Notes: a model not told the origin generated them from the letters alone. Counted from the stretch's first letter, positions 1 to 9,594 are shown. The stretch: 64,000 nucleotides of DNA from an uncultured Bacilli bacterium (GCA_934168325.1 CAKPNG010000004.1:873-64872); one strand, 5' to 3'. Made by a program: numbers and translations.

Positions 1-68
1 AAATTAACTATATTTGTTACTAGATTCTTTTCTAGAAAATTTGTTACTAAATCTAGCGCTAAAACTAT

Positions 69-103
69 GAAAAAAGATGCTTAATTATCTTTTTTTAGCA
101 TCT
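69..103 (-). terminator. Rho-independent terminator after the chorismate mutase gene
   Basis: On the minus strand, AGATGCT (97-103) pairs with AGCATCT (75-81) across a 15-nt loop and is followed by a T-run. It overlaps the stop codon. Confidence 0.5.
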
Positions 104-366
104 AAGATATCTTTTTGCATTTCTTTACTAGCTTTTAAAAAACCACTAAGAACATCTTTATAATATTTTTTATATTCATCTTTAGAGATTTTAGTTAAAT
201 TTTTATTGAGCATTTTTTCTTCTCTAGAAGAATCTAAAATTTCGATATTATTATCTAATTTATAATTAATAACTTCTTTTACTATTTCCATTCTTTTTTC
301 ATATAATTTGATTATTTCTTCATCAATTTGATCGATTTCATTTCTACATGATTCTAATTTAGTCAT
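85..366 (-). CDS. AroQ-type (CM_2) chorismate mutase, stand-alone 93 aa
   Basis: N-terminal RNEIDQIDEEIIKLYEKRMEIVKEVINYK plus DSSREEKML matches the classic R-x2-ID-x-ID...R...K / D-x-x-RE pattern of E. coli-type chorismate mutase domains. Confidence 0.75.
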   Translation of the reverse strand: MTKLESCRNEIDQIDEEIIKLYEKRMEIVKEVINYKLDNNIEILDSSREEKMLNKNLTKISKDEYKKYYKDVLSGFLKASKEMQKDILDAKKR

Positions 367-381
367 AATTATTTTTACTCC

Positions 382-1824
382 TTATAAAATTAATGTTCCT
401 AAAGGATAAGCTATTAATAAACATAAAATAATACTTATAACCATTAATATAGTTCCATAAATTAATGTATCTTTAGTTTCACAATATCCACTACTACTTA
501 TAATTGCAATATGTGGCATTGATGGAGGTGTTGCAAAAGCTAATGCAGACATCATTCCAATTACACATATTATCGATGGTAAATTTATAGAAGTTACTAT
601 GCTTCTTAATAAAGTAGCACAAACTGCACTTACTAAGGATGCAGTAACCATATTAGATGATAAATTAGTTTGAATTGCTGCCCAAGATACAAATATTATT
701 AGTAATAATATTGGGCTTACATTTATTAATGAATTTCCTAAACTATTTTGTAAGAATAATTTTATACCGATAATATCATCACTTAACACACTTCCAAGTG
801 TTAAAGTAGCAGCACACATTAATAAACTTCCCCAAGGAACGCCATTTTTAAAAGCATCATCTATTTTAATAATTGGTTTATTATCAAATCTTAATATACA
901 TAATAATATAGTTCCTAATATTGGAGGCATTGCTGTCCCATATCCATTTATTAATTTATAAAAATCAGGCGATATATCTTTAAATAAACTAGGTATTATC
1001 CATAATAAAATTACGATTATAAATATAACTAAAGTTGCTATATCTTTTTTGTCAATTGAAGGTATATCTTTCTTTATTTCTTCAATATTTATATCTTTTA
1101 ATTTAGAAGTATCTGGTCTAAGAAATACCCATAACATTATTAACATTAATATAAAGATTAATAATCCAGTTGGAATAGCTATAGCCATGTAATTTAATGG
1201 TGAAACTGTTATTTCAGCAGTATTCATAGCAATAATAGGAAAGACATGAGCAATTGGAGTCATACCTGAACTTATTGAACAAGTAAATCCTAGCCCAAGC
1301 ATTAATAATTTTCCAATTTTATCTCCTTTTTCTATCTTAGCTAGATTTAAAATTTCTTCTAATATTGGAAGCATTATTACAAATAAAACTGTCGGGGCAA
1401 TAAATTGTCCTAATAATAAAACTGATATTAAAAATAAATTACTAAACCAAAATCCACTTTTCTTTGATAATTTATTATTGACAAAGAAAATAGCTGTTCT
1501 TTTTATTAATGAGGTCTTACTTAAAGCGTACGTACATACAAATGTAAATAGTAAAAATACAAAAGTAGAATTCCCGAATCCTGAAGTAAAAACCTTGCTA
1601 AACCCATATGAATTTATAAAACCTAAAGAAAAAATACATAATACACTAGGCCAATCAATCCCTATTGTAAGCCATAAAATTAAGGTTCCAATAAATATAC
1701 AAATGACGCCAATTGCATCACTAGATAAAGCACTATTACCAGGAATAAATCTACCAAAAAAGCATAACAAAAGACATATTGGTATTATGATCCATCTAAA
1801 TATTTTATTATCTTTTAGTTTCAT
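382..1824 (-). CDS. Polytopic anion permease, ion-transporter superfamily (DASS/SLC13-like)
   Basis: 480 aa and hydrophobic throughout. It has the size and repeat organisation of DASS carriers, with a hairpin-tip-like TNLSSNMVTA motif. The start overlaps the upstream U32 stop (TAATG at 1822-1826). Confidence 0.5.
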   Translation of the reverse strand: MKLKDNKIFRWIIIPICLLLCFFGRFIPGNSALSSDAIGVICIFIGTLILWLTIGIDWPSVLCIFSLGFINSYGFSKVFTSGFGNSTFVFLLFTFVCTYALSKTSLIKRTAIFFVNNKLSKKSGFWFSNLFLISVLLLGQFIAPTVLFVIMLPILEEILNLAKIEKGDKIGKLLMLGLGFTCSISSGMTPIAHVFPIIAMNTAEITVSPLNYMAIAIPTGLLIFILMLIMLWVFLRPDTSKLKDINIEEIKKDIPSIDKKDIATLVIFIIVILLWIIPSLFKDISPDFYKLINGYGTAMPPILGTILLCILRFDNKPIIKIDDAFKNGVPWGSLLMCAATLTLGSVLSDDIIGIKLFLQNSLGNSLINVSPILLLIIFVSWAAIQTNLSSNMVTASLVSAVCATLLRSIVTSINLPSIICVIGMMSALAFATPPSMPHIAIISSSGYCETKDTLIYGTILMVISIILCLLIAYPLGTLIL

Positions 1825-3038
1825 TAATCTTTTTTCCTTCTTAAAATATCAAATGATTTAAGTCTTAAATTAGTTTTAATATATACTAATTCTTTTACTT
1901 TCTTTACTTCATCTAGTTTATTTCTATTTTGATCTAAAATCTCTTCAATTTTAATAGTTTTATTAAAATTATCATCATTAGATAAGACTTCTAAAGTGTC
2001 TCCAACCTTAAATTTATTTCTAAGTTCTACTAAACAATAATCGTCTTTATTATCTTCTTTTACTAAAGCAATAAAATCATAAGTTTGACTTAATTTAGAA
2101 CTAAATTTATTAGTTTTTTGATCACTATTAAAATAAAATCCTGTAGTAAAATCACGATTACTTGTCTTTCTTAATTCGTCAATATAATCAAAAGTTTTTT
2201 CCTTATTATTTATATAATTATCTATAGCTCTACGATAAGCATTTATAACAGTAGCAACATAATAAGTAGATTTCATTCTTCCTTCAATTTTAAAACTATT
2301 AATTCCGGCTTCAGATAATTCTTTAATATGTTCTATTAAACATAGATCTTTACTATTTAATATATAAGTTCCATGACTATCTTCTTCTATTGGATAATAT
2401 TCACTATCTTCATAATCTTCTTTATAACTTAACGCATAATTCCATCTACAAGGTTGAGCACAAGCACCTTTATTTGAATCTCTACCAGTAAAATAATTAG
2501 ATAATAAACATCTACCACTATAAGAAATGCACATTGCACCATGAGCAAAGCATTCAATATCGATATCTTTATCAATTTTATCTTTAATTTCTTTTATTTC
2601 TAATAATGATAATTCTCTAGCTAAAACTAATCTTTTAGCACCAAAATTAATCCACACATTAGCTGATTCAAAATTAGTAATATTAGCTTGAGTAGAAACA
2701 TGTAATTCTAAAGAAGTATATTTTTTAACTAAATGAGCTATTCCTAAATCACTAACAATTACTCCATCTGCTCCATTTTTATCTAAAAATTTTAAATAAT
2801 CTACTAATCCATTAAAATCATTATTATGAGCTAATATATTGACAGTAATATAAACCTTAACATTATGACTATGAGCATAATTTATTGATTCAACTATTTC
2901 ATTTTCATCAAAATTATCAGCAAAAGCTCTAAGTCCAAATCTTTTTCCTGCAAAGTAAACTGCATCTGCTCCAAAGTGTATAGCAGCTATTAATCTTTCT
3001 TTATCTCCTACTGGAGCAAGTAATTCAATTTTGTTCAT
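1824..3038 (-). CDS. Peptidase U32 family protein (TrhP/YegQ-like, putative Fe-S hydroxylase)
   Basis: N-terminal ELLAPVGD...GADAVYFAG..FGLRA, the IEGRMKS signature and the Cys cluster CISYSGRC-x15-CAQPC are all typical of U32. Confidence 0.8.
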   Translation of the reverse strand: MNKIELLAPVGDKERLIAAIHFGADAVYFAGKRFGLRAFADNFDENEIVESINYAHSHNVKVYITVNILAHNNDFNGLVDYLKFLDKNGADGVIVSDLGIAHLVKKYTSLELHVSTQANITNFESANVWINFGAKRLVLARELSLLEIKEIKDKIDKDIDIECFAHGAMCISYSGRCLLSNYFTGRDSNKGACAQPCRWNYALSYKEDYEDSEYYPIEEDSHGTYILNSKDLCLIEHIKELSEAGINSFKIEGRMKSTYYVATVINAYRRAIDNYINNKEKTFDYIDELRKTSNRDFTTGFYFNSDQKTNKFSSKLSQTYDFIALVKEDNKDDYCLVELRNKFKVGDTLEVLSNDDNFNKTIKIEEILDQNRNKLDEVKKVKELVYIKTNLRLKSFDILRRKKD

Positions 3039-3049
3039 ATAGTAATAAT

Positions 3050-3075
3050 ACTTTAAAGTAACTTAACTTTAAAGT
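3050..3075. promoter_or_regulatory. Two copies of the perfect 10-bp palindrome ACTTTAAAGT (candidate operator) in the divergent U32 control region
   Basis: ACTTTAAAGT occurs at 3050-3059 and 3066-3075, separated by AACTTA. Centre-to-centre spacing is 16 bp, within the 80-bp gap between the two U32 start codons. Confidence 0.45.
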
Positions 3076-3118
3076 TAATAAATACTAATTTTCATGATAA
3101 AATGAAAAAGTTGAAATT

Positions 3119-5392
3119 ATGAGTGAATTATTATCTCCATGTGGATCTATTGAATCGTTTTATAGCGCTATTAAGAGTGGTTGTAACGCTATTTATTTAG
3201 GTTTAAATAAATTTAGTGCTAGAGCCTACGCTAATAATTTTGATATTAGTGAAATGCCAGAATTAATTAAATTTGCTCATTTAAGAAATGTAAAAATTTA
3301 TATAACAATTAATACAATAATTTATGATGATGAATTAGATGAAGTTTATACTTTAATTGATAAATTAATTAATCTTAATATTGACGCTATAATTGTTCAA
3401 GATTTAACCTTAATTAATTATATTTCTAATAAATACGGAGTTAATAAAGTTCATGCTTCTACTCAAGTTGGAGTCGATAATTTTTATAGTGCTAAAGTTA
3501 TTAAAGAATTAGGTGCTAGTCGAATTGTATTAGCTAGAGAAACTCCTATTGAAGTTATTAAAGAAATTAAAAATAAATTAGATATAGAATTAGAAGTCTT
3601 TATTCATGGAGCGTTATGTGTATCTTATAGTGGTAATTGTTTAATGAGCTCAATGATTGGCAATCGTTCAGGTAATAGAGGTAGATGTGCTGGTTGTTGT
3701 AGACAAATATATTCTTTAATAAATAAAGATACTAATAAAATTATTAATAAAAGTTATATCTTATCAATGAAAGATTTAAATACTTCTTCTTTTATTAATA
3801 ATTTAAAATTTATTGATTCTTTAAAGATTGAAGGAAGAATGAAAGAGCCTGAATATACCTATGAAGTTACTAATATTTATCGTAATTTATTAGATAATAA
3901 AATAGTAGATACTAATAATTTAAATAAAATATTTAATAGAGAATACACTAAAGGTTTTTTATTTCATGATGAAATAAAAAATATTACTAATATTGATAAA
4001 CCTAATAATTTTGGTTATTTATTAGGGGAAATTTGTAAAATTAATAAGAATAAAGTTTGGATTAGATTATTTAATAAACAAAATTTAACTAAAGGTGATC
4101 AAATTAGAATTGATAATAGAGATATTAATAAAGAAATAAGTGTTCCAATTACTAAATTATTTGATGCTAATTTTAATTTAGTTAATGAAACTAATAAAAT
4201 AGGCATTATTTATTTAGATAAAAAAGTAAATATAGGTGATAAAGTTTATAAAGTTAAAGATATAAATTTAATAAATTCAATTGATGAAAAATTAAAAGAA
4301 AATAATAAAGAATATGAAAAATTACCTATAAATATTGAATTTAATGCCTTTATTAGTAAAAAAATAGTAATTAAATGCACTTATTTAGATTATAAAGTTG
4401 AAGTTATTAGTGATTTTATAGTAGATAAAGCAATAAAGCAAAATACAACTAAAGAAAATATTTATAATCAACTTAATAAATTAGGTGATACTCCTTATTT
4501 TATTAATAATCTAAATATTAATATCGATGATAATATATTCATTCCATTAAAATTAATTAATGAATTAAGAAGAGAATTAATAGATAAATTAAATATAGAA
4601 AGATTGAAATTTAAAATTACTACTAATAATATAGTTAATAATTTAAATATTAAAAAATATGAATTAAATATAGAACCTATTTTAACTGTTGAAGTATCTA
4701 ATTTAAAACAATATGAATTAGTTAAAAGTTTAGGTATTAAACATATTTATTTTAATAATATTATTAATAGAAATAATGCTACTTATATTAAAAATTATAA
4801 TAATTTTGATGAAATATTAGCTGGAAATATAGGTTCTATTGAATATTATAAAAATATAAATATTAATTTAATTAGTGATTATTCTTTTAATGTTACAAAT
4901 CACATTAGTGTCGCTATATTAAATAGTTTAGGTTTTAATAGAGTAACTTTATCTCAAGAAATTCCTTACAATTATATTAATAATTTAGTGTCTAATTATT
5001 ATAAAGAATATAATACTTATCCAAATTTAGAATTAATTATTTATGGTAGAACTTATTTAATGCATTCTAAATATTGTCCTTTAAAAAGATTAAATATGTG
5101 TGGAGATTGTAAGAAATATCAGTTTGAATTAAAAGATCGTTTTGCTACTTTTCCTATTAGATTTAATAATGATTGCACTATTAATATTTTAAATTCTAAG
5201 AGATTAAATAATATAAATTATATAAATAAAATCAATGGAGTTAATTATTTTAGATTAGTTTTTACTGACGAATCTAATGAAGAAATAATTAACATTATTA
5301 ATTCTTATAATGATACTATAAAAGGTAATGAAAATAATACGTTTAATAACGATTTAGATACCCATGGCCATTTTTTTGAAAAGCCTTTATAG
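3119..5392 (+). CDS. Long peptidase U32 family protein (RlhA/YdcP-like architecture with C-terminal extension)
   Basis: ELLSPCGS...CNAIYLG..FSARAYA, IEGRMKEPEY and the Cys cluster CVSYSGNC-x14-CAGCC. At 757 aa it has a second U32-like half near the C-terminus (CPLKRLNMCGDC). Confidence 0.75.
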   Translation: MSELLSPCGSIESFYSAIKSGCNAIYLGLNKFSARAYANNFDISEMPELIKFAHLRNVKIYITINTIIYDDELDEVYTLIDKLINLNIDAIIVQDLTLINYISNKYGVNKVHASTQVGVDNFYSAKVIKELGASRIVLARETPIEVIKEIKNKLDIELEVFIHGALCVSYSGNCLMSSMIGNRSGNRGRCAGCCRQIYSLINKDTNKIINKSYILSMKDLNTSSFINNLKFIDSLKIEGRMKEPEYTYEVTNIYRNLLDNKIVDTNNLNKIFNREYTKGFLFHDEIKNITNIDKPNNFGYLLGEICKINKNKVWIRLFNKQNLTKGDQIRIDNRDINKEISVPITKLFDANFNLVNETNKIGIIYLDKKVNIGDKVYKVKDINLINSIDEKLKENNKEYEKLPINIEFNAFISKKIVIKCTYLDYKVEVISDFIVDKAIKQNTTKENIYNQLNKLGDTPYFINNLNINIDDNIFIPLKLINELRRELIDKLNIERLKFKITTNNIVNNLNIKKYELNIEPILTVEVSNLKQYELVKSLGIKHIYFNNIINRNNATYIKNYNNFDEILAGNIGSIEYYKNININLISDYSFNVTNHISVAILNSLGFNRVTLSQEIPYNYINNLVSNYYKEYNTYPNLELIIYGRTYLMHSKYCPLKRLNMCGDCKKYQFELKDRFATFPIRFNNDCTINILNSKRLNNINYINKINGVNYFRLVFTDESNEEIINIINSYNDTIKGNENNTFNNDLDTHGHFFEKPL

Positions 5393-5478
5393 ATCAATAT
5401 CTATAGTGTATAATTTTATTAGTAGTAAATACTTAGTAATTTTGTAGTAATAAAAATGTTGTAATAATTCTTAAAAAA

Positions 5479-5510
5479 CCTTAGTTTTGCAGGGTTTTCA
5501 AAAAAAGGAG
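5479..5510 (+). repeat. Copy A of the dispersed GGTTYTGCARGGTTTT motif family
   Basis: CCTTAGTTTTGCAGGGTTTTCAAAAAAAGGAG. The core at 5484-5499 is one mismatch from the 14-mer at 44060 and 58808. The extended match to the copy at 14711-14746 covers CTTAGTTYTGCARGGTT...TCAAA..AAGG. Confidence 0.6.
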
Positions 5511-5517
5511 ATACTTT

Positions 5518-6339
5518 ATGAAAAAAGGAAAGAAATTAGCTTTATCATTATTGCTTCCTTTATTGATGTCAAATGCACCAATGCCTAGTCCTTATAGCCC
5601 AGAATTTGAAATTGATCGTGTTACAAATGAACACATTACTTTTGCATTAAATTCAGCTGGTGATGAATTAACATGTATATTTAAAAATTCACTAGATGGT
5701 ATTGTTGATTCTTTATTTTTAGAATGCTTAGATACTAATATAGCATTAATTAAAAGATATAATGGAACAACATTAATTCCTAAAAATTCTACCTATAAAT
5801 TTACTTTAAAAAACACCAAAGATTCAATTTATAATTTTGAACAAATTCAAAACTATGATAATTTAAAAATTTATGGTTCTTATTATAAAAGTGAAGATAT
5901 TTATACTGAACTTGACTTATCATATCGTTTTGAAGTTAATACTGACTTAGAAACAGGCAAAACAACCACTACTTGTTATACTAATATATATGTAGAAAAA
6001 GTTACTACTTTTATTTCTGATGCTCTATTTTATATAGCTGAAGATAATGTAACACCAAATAATACTTATTCTGCATATATTAGAGCATACAAAGATGAAA
6101 CAATAAATTATAAGGATTTTAAAATTACTTTTGATCGTGAATTAGCAAAAGACACTAAAATCAATTGTGTCTTATTAAAAGGAAACGATTATTATAATAG
6201 AAGACATGAGAAATCTGAAAGACAATTAAAAATATTATATATTTATTTATCAATTCTCGGTGTTACTGTTATTGGTACTATCATTTATCTTTCTATTTTT
6301 TACTATAGAAAACACAAAAGCAAACAAAAACTCAAATAA
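5518..6339 (+). CDS. Secreted/type-I membrane protein of unknown function
   Basis: RBS AAAGGAG lies 8 nt upstream. There is an N-terminal signal-like segment and a C-terminal TM helix followed by the basic tail YYRKHKSKQKLK. Confidence 0.55.
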   Translation: MKKGKKLALSLLLPLLMSNAPMPSPYSPEFEIDRVTNEHITFALNSAGDELTCIFKNSLDGIVDSLFLECLDTNIALIKRYNGTTLIPKNSTYKFTLKNTKDSIYNFEQIQNYDNLKIYGSYYKSEDIYTELDLSYRFEVNTDLETGKTTTTCYTNIYVEKVTTFISDALFYIAEDNVTPNNTYSAYIRAYKDETINYKDFKITFDRELAKDTKINCVLLKGNDYYNRRHEKSERQLKILYIYLSILGVTVIGTIIYLSIFYYRKHKSKQKLK

Positions 6340-6720
6340 ATATATAATTGATAAAATTAAGCATATTACAAAATAAGTGTTATTATTAGCACTTATTTTT
6401 ATTATGTAATTTAAAATTAATCCAACTACTAAAGATGCACTATTACTAATAAAAGATATGATTAAACATTTTAATATCGATCCATATAATTTTAAAATTT
6501 TTATAACTAGTGCTTCTAATAAAAAGACTATAATTTCGCCTACAATCAAAAACCATAATGCATTATTTGTTAAATATTCATAACACAAATTAAAGCTTAC
6601 ATTACTAATAACGTTCATTATTAATAAAATGATAAAATATAAAAAACTTTTTTTTAATAAAAAGAAATAGATAGGTGTTTCAATAACTAATGTTACTAAT
6701 AAGGGATAAATTAATTCCAT
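6250..6720 (-). CDS. Small polytopic membrane protein, unknown function
   Basis: 156 aa with 4-5 hydrophobic helices. No obvious SD. Its 3' end overlaps the convergent gene by 90 nt. Confidence 0.45.
   Translation of the reverse strand: MELIYPLLVTLVIETPIYFFLLKKSFLYFIILLIMNVISNVSFNLCYEYLTNNALWFLIVGEIIVFLLEALVIKILKLYGSILKCLIISFISNSASLVVGLILNYIIKISANNNTYFVICLILSIIYLFEFLFAFVFSIVKNRKINDSTNNSNTEN
6371..6400 (+). terminator. Hairpin terminator of the 5518-6339 gene, embedded in the convergent ORF
   Basis: AAAATAAGTG-(10 nt)-CACTTATTTT forms a perfect 10-bp stem followed by TTATT. Confidence 0.5.
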
Positions 6721-6730
6721 ATTTAATAAA

Positions 6731-6757
6731 AATAATGAGGTTCTGCAAGGTTATTTA
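6731..6757 (+). repeat. Copy B of the dispersed motif family
   Basis: AATAATGAGGTTCTGCAAGGTTATTTA. The 17-mer at 6740-6756 is identical to the reverse complement of 14725-14741. Copy B also matches 44050-44071 at 20 of 22 positions. Confidence 0.7.
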
Positions 6758-6865
6758 TAAAATAAGTAAGTTTTTGAAAGAAATTTTATCATTAAAAACT
6801 TTAATAGATTTAAAATAACTCTTATAAAAATATTATAAACCTAACAAATATTATTCTCACTCAAT

Positions 6866-6918
6866 AATTAGTTTCTAAATAAAAAAACTAATCAAATCTA
6901 TAATTTAGAAATAATTAG
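6866..6918 (-). terminator. AT-rich inverted repeat downstream of the lipoprotein cluster
   Basis: TTTCTAAAT (6872-6880) pairs with ATTTAGAAA (6903-6911), extended by flanking AATTAG/TAATTAG, with a 22-nt loop. Confidence 0.3.
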
Positions 6919-6939
6919 TCTTCTTAATTTTAATTTAAT

Positions 6940-7731
6940 TTAAGCTTTTTCACTATAATTACTAGGATTTAATTTAGTTCCACTATATTCCTTATAAGTA
7001 TCATAAGAATAATTAAATGTTGATTGAGAATAATTATAATTTGTATTATCCATTAAGCTATATAAAACAGTAGATTTACTTTTAATAATTTTATTATCTT
7101 TAATAGTTAAATAGTCTTCTCTTTCATATTTAACAGCAACAGTTTTACTACTATATTGTTCATATATTAAATATAATCTAACTTCTCCATCTTTTGATAA
7201 ATCGACATCATGATAATTATATTCAAATTTATATTTTATTGATTCATTTGAATCAATAAAATTCTTACATACATCATATCCACCACCAAGATAACTTCTA
7301 GAAAATCCAACACTTAGATTATCTTCACTATATTTTTCATCATAGTTAGCATATATAACATAATTATTAGGATCATCTTTACCATAATCTCTAATTAAAT
7401 AAAATTTATTATCTTTAATACCTACTTCTTCAGTACCACTTATTTTATCAGTTTCATAAGTTTGAATAAAATCAGCTTTAACAAAATTATCTTTATATCT
7501 AATTTTAGTATTATCTTCTTTTACTTTAACAGTTATTGCGCCATAATAATTTTCATCAGTTTGTGTACCTTCTTTTTTAGAGCAATCTTCACTTAAAGAT
7601 ATTAATTTATTTTTAAATTTAGTAATAAATTGATCTTCAGTTTCAACTGTTGGAGTATCTTTCTTATTACAAGAAACTAATAAATTAATAGATATTAAAG
7701 AAGTTAATAACAATAAATAATTATGTCTCAT
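6940..7731 (-). CDS. Lipoprotein, unknown function
   Basis: Signal peptide with lipobox LLVSC. I prefer the start at Met12 of the track ORF (ATG at 7731), which has GAGG 9 nt upstream and lies 4 nt after the upstream stop. Confidence 0.65.
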   Translation of the reverse strand: MRHNYLLLLTSLISINLLVSCNKKDTPTVETEDQFITKFKNKLISLSEDCSKKEGTQTDENYYGAITVKVKEDNTKIRYKDNFVKADFIQTYETDKISGTEEVGIKDNKFYLIRDYGKDDPNNYVIYANYDEKYSEDNLSVGFSRSYLGGGYDVCKNFIDSNESIKYKFEYNYHDVDLSKDGEVRLYLIYEQYSSKTVAVKYEREDYLTIKDNKIIKSKSTVLYSLMDNTNYNYSQSTFNYSYDTYKEYSGTKLNPSNYSEKA

Positions 7732-7735
7732 TTTA

Positions 7736-9574
7736 TTAAGCCTCAATTTTAAATCTATGGACATAATCAGTTAAATTAACACTTAAAGTAATTAATTCAC
7801 CATCTAAAGTAATTTCTCCTTCAGTATATCCATAGCTTGGATTATCTGAAGTTATAGCAATATTAAATTTAGTTCCACTCATATTATAAGTAAATGTAGT
7901 AGTACTTATTAAAGAATTATCTTCTCTATTATAATATTCAATAGTTCCATTAGTTTTACTACTAAATTTCATAACACCATCAAAAGCACTATATATACTC
8001 TTATATCTATAAGTACTACTTAATACCTTGTTAGCTAATTCTTCTTCAGTTAATTTAATTTTAATAGTATAAGTAACACTTACTTTAATTTCAGGATTAG
8101 TTTCACTATAAAAAGTAATCACTAAATCTTTACTTTCTTTAATATCATTAACATCTAATTGATAATTTATATATCCTTTGCCTTCTTCAACTTTTTTAAT
8201 AGTAGCTAAAGAATCATCGCTTAATTTAGCTTTTATAGCGCTATAATCAACACCATTTACATTAGGAAATACATTAACTCTTAAATTCTTATAAGTAGTT
8301 TTAGTAAATATAACTTTATTCTTTTCTCCACTAATAGCTCCACTATAAGTATCAGTAAATGTCAATTTAGTTAATTTAGGTCTAGCTACTTTAACACTGA
8401 TATTAAAACTAATTCCACTATTACTTTCTAAAACTATATTAGCATCACCAAAGTCTTTAGCATATAAGGCATCACCACTTAATTCATAACTAGTCTCATT
8501 ATCTATAGATTTAACATTCATTGTTAAATCTATTGCTTTACTAGGACTATATGTTTTAGCTTCAAATTTAATATATTTTTCTATTGGTAAAGCATCAAAT
8601 TCACAATATACTTTCTTACCATTATCATAATAATATGCACTAACTTCTTTAACTTCAGTTAAATAATAATTCATTAGATCAGGACGAGCTTCGTTTAATG
8701 TAGTTGAACTAATTCTATCTTCATAACTAACTTCATAACTATAATTAACATTAACTTCATATTTATCATTATCACTTCTAGTTTCACCAGTATAACTAGA
8801 ATAATTACTACTAATAAATCTACCTTCATTATCAAAATTAACTTCAAAAGAATAACTAATCTTAATATTTATACCTTCTTCTGTATAACTATAAGAATAA
8901 TCAGTTAATGAATAAGTAACAAAATTATTATCTTTAATAACTTTTTTAGCTTTAATATTAGCTCCACTAGCATTTAAATCGATATTATTAACTAAATTAG
9001 CATTAATAAAATTAGATGTATATAAACTAGCTTGTTTAGATAATTGACTAGGAACACTTTTTTCAAGTAAATAACTTATTCCATCTTCACTATCTTTACC
9101 ATTATTATAAACAGGTAATTGATAAGAAGAATCGACCCAAGTAGAAGATTCTATTCCATTTTTTTCATAATCAGTAATTAAAAAGAACGCTCTAAAAGTA
9201 TCAGTAGAAGATTCACTATTTTTATAAGTAGCAACAGTAGCAAATTTTAAATAATTATCACTAATAGTTTTATTTTCTTTTTTATAAGTTAAACTTCTAA
9301 ATCCATTAGATATAGTCATCTCATCATTATAAATAATTGTTTCTTCATTAATAATTTCTTTAGAAGATGTTTTATCTGTTTCTTCTTTATATTTAACTTT
9401 ATTAGAAGTACTAACTTCTATTTCATAAGCACTACTTAATTTATTAATAACTTCATCTAAAGCTACTAAAGTTTCTTTATCATCACCATTATTATTTTCA
9501 TTATTATTACAAGAAAATAATGAAATAGAAATTAAACTCATTACTGGTAAAATTATTGCTCTTTTTAAATTCAT
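7736..9574 (-). CDS. Lipoprotein with Ig-like (BIG2-type) domains and a C-terminal beta-rich domain
   Basis: RBS GAGGAGG and lipobox SLFSC. It shares its domain order with the 727-aa neighbour. Confidence 0.65.
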   Translation of the reverse strand: MNLKRAIILPVMSLISISLFSCNNNENNNGDDKETLVALDEVINKLSSAYEIEVSTSNKVKYKEETDKTSSKEIINEETIIYNDEMTISNGFRSLTYKKENKTISDNYLKFATVATYKNSESSTDTFRAFFLITDYEKNGIESSTWVDSSYQLPVYNNGKDSEDGISYLLEKSVPSQLSKQASLYTSNFINANLVNNIDLNASGANIKAKKVIKDNNFVTYSLTDYSYSYTEEGINIKISYSFEVNFDNEGRFISSNYSSYTGETRSDNDKYEVNVNYSYEVSYEDRISSTTLNEARPDLMNYYLTEVKEVSAYYYDNGKKVYCEFDALPIEKYIKFEAKTYSPSKAIDLTMNVKSIDNETSYELSGDALYAKDFGDANIVLESNSGISFNISVKVARPKLTKLTFTDTYSGAISGEKNKVIFTKTTYKNLRVNVFPNVNGVDYSAIKAKLSDDSLATIKKVEEGKGYINYQLDVNDIKESKDLVITFYSETNPEIKVSVTYTIKIKLTEEELANKVLSSTYRYKSIYSAFDGVMKFSSKTNGTIEYYNREDNSLISTTTFTYNMSGTKFNIAITSDNPSYGYTEGEITLDGELITLSVNLTDYVHRFKIEA

Positions 9575-9594
9575 AAATCCTCCTCTTATTTAGC

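Noticed and set aside
1478-1861. 127-aa plus-strand ORF, together with similar track ORFs at 28513-28707, 30091-30276, 36893-37081, 37316-37606, 37811-37996, 41534-41722, 41764-42000, 43440-43898, 45435-45866 and 58725-58919.
   Set aside because: All lie antisense within longer genes that have clear family motifs or lipoprotein signals. They lack RBS and recognisable motifs and have odd low-complexity composition, so they are most likely shadow ORFs.
5416-5470. Reiterated GTAGTAAT / TGTAATAAT words in the leader of the 5518 gene, considered as an operator array.
   Set aside because: The words are short and AT-rich, imperfect in sequence and irregular in spacing. Such repetition is common in intergenic DNA of this composition, and there is not enough evidence without comparative data.
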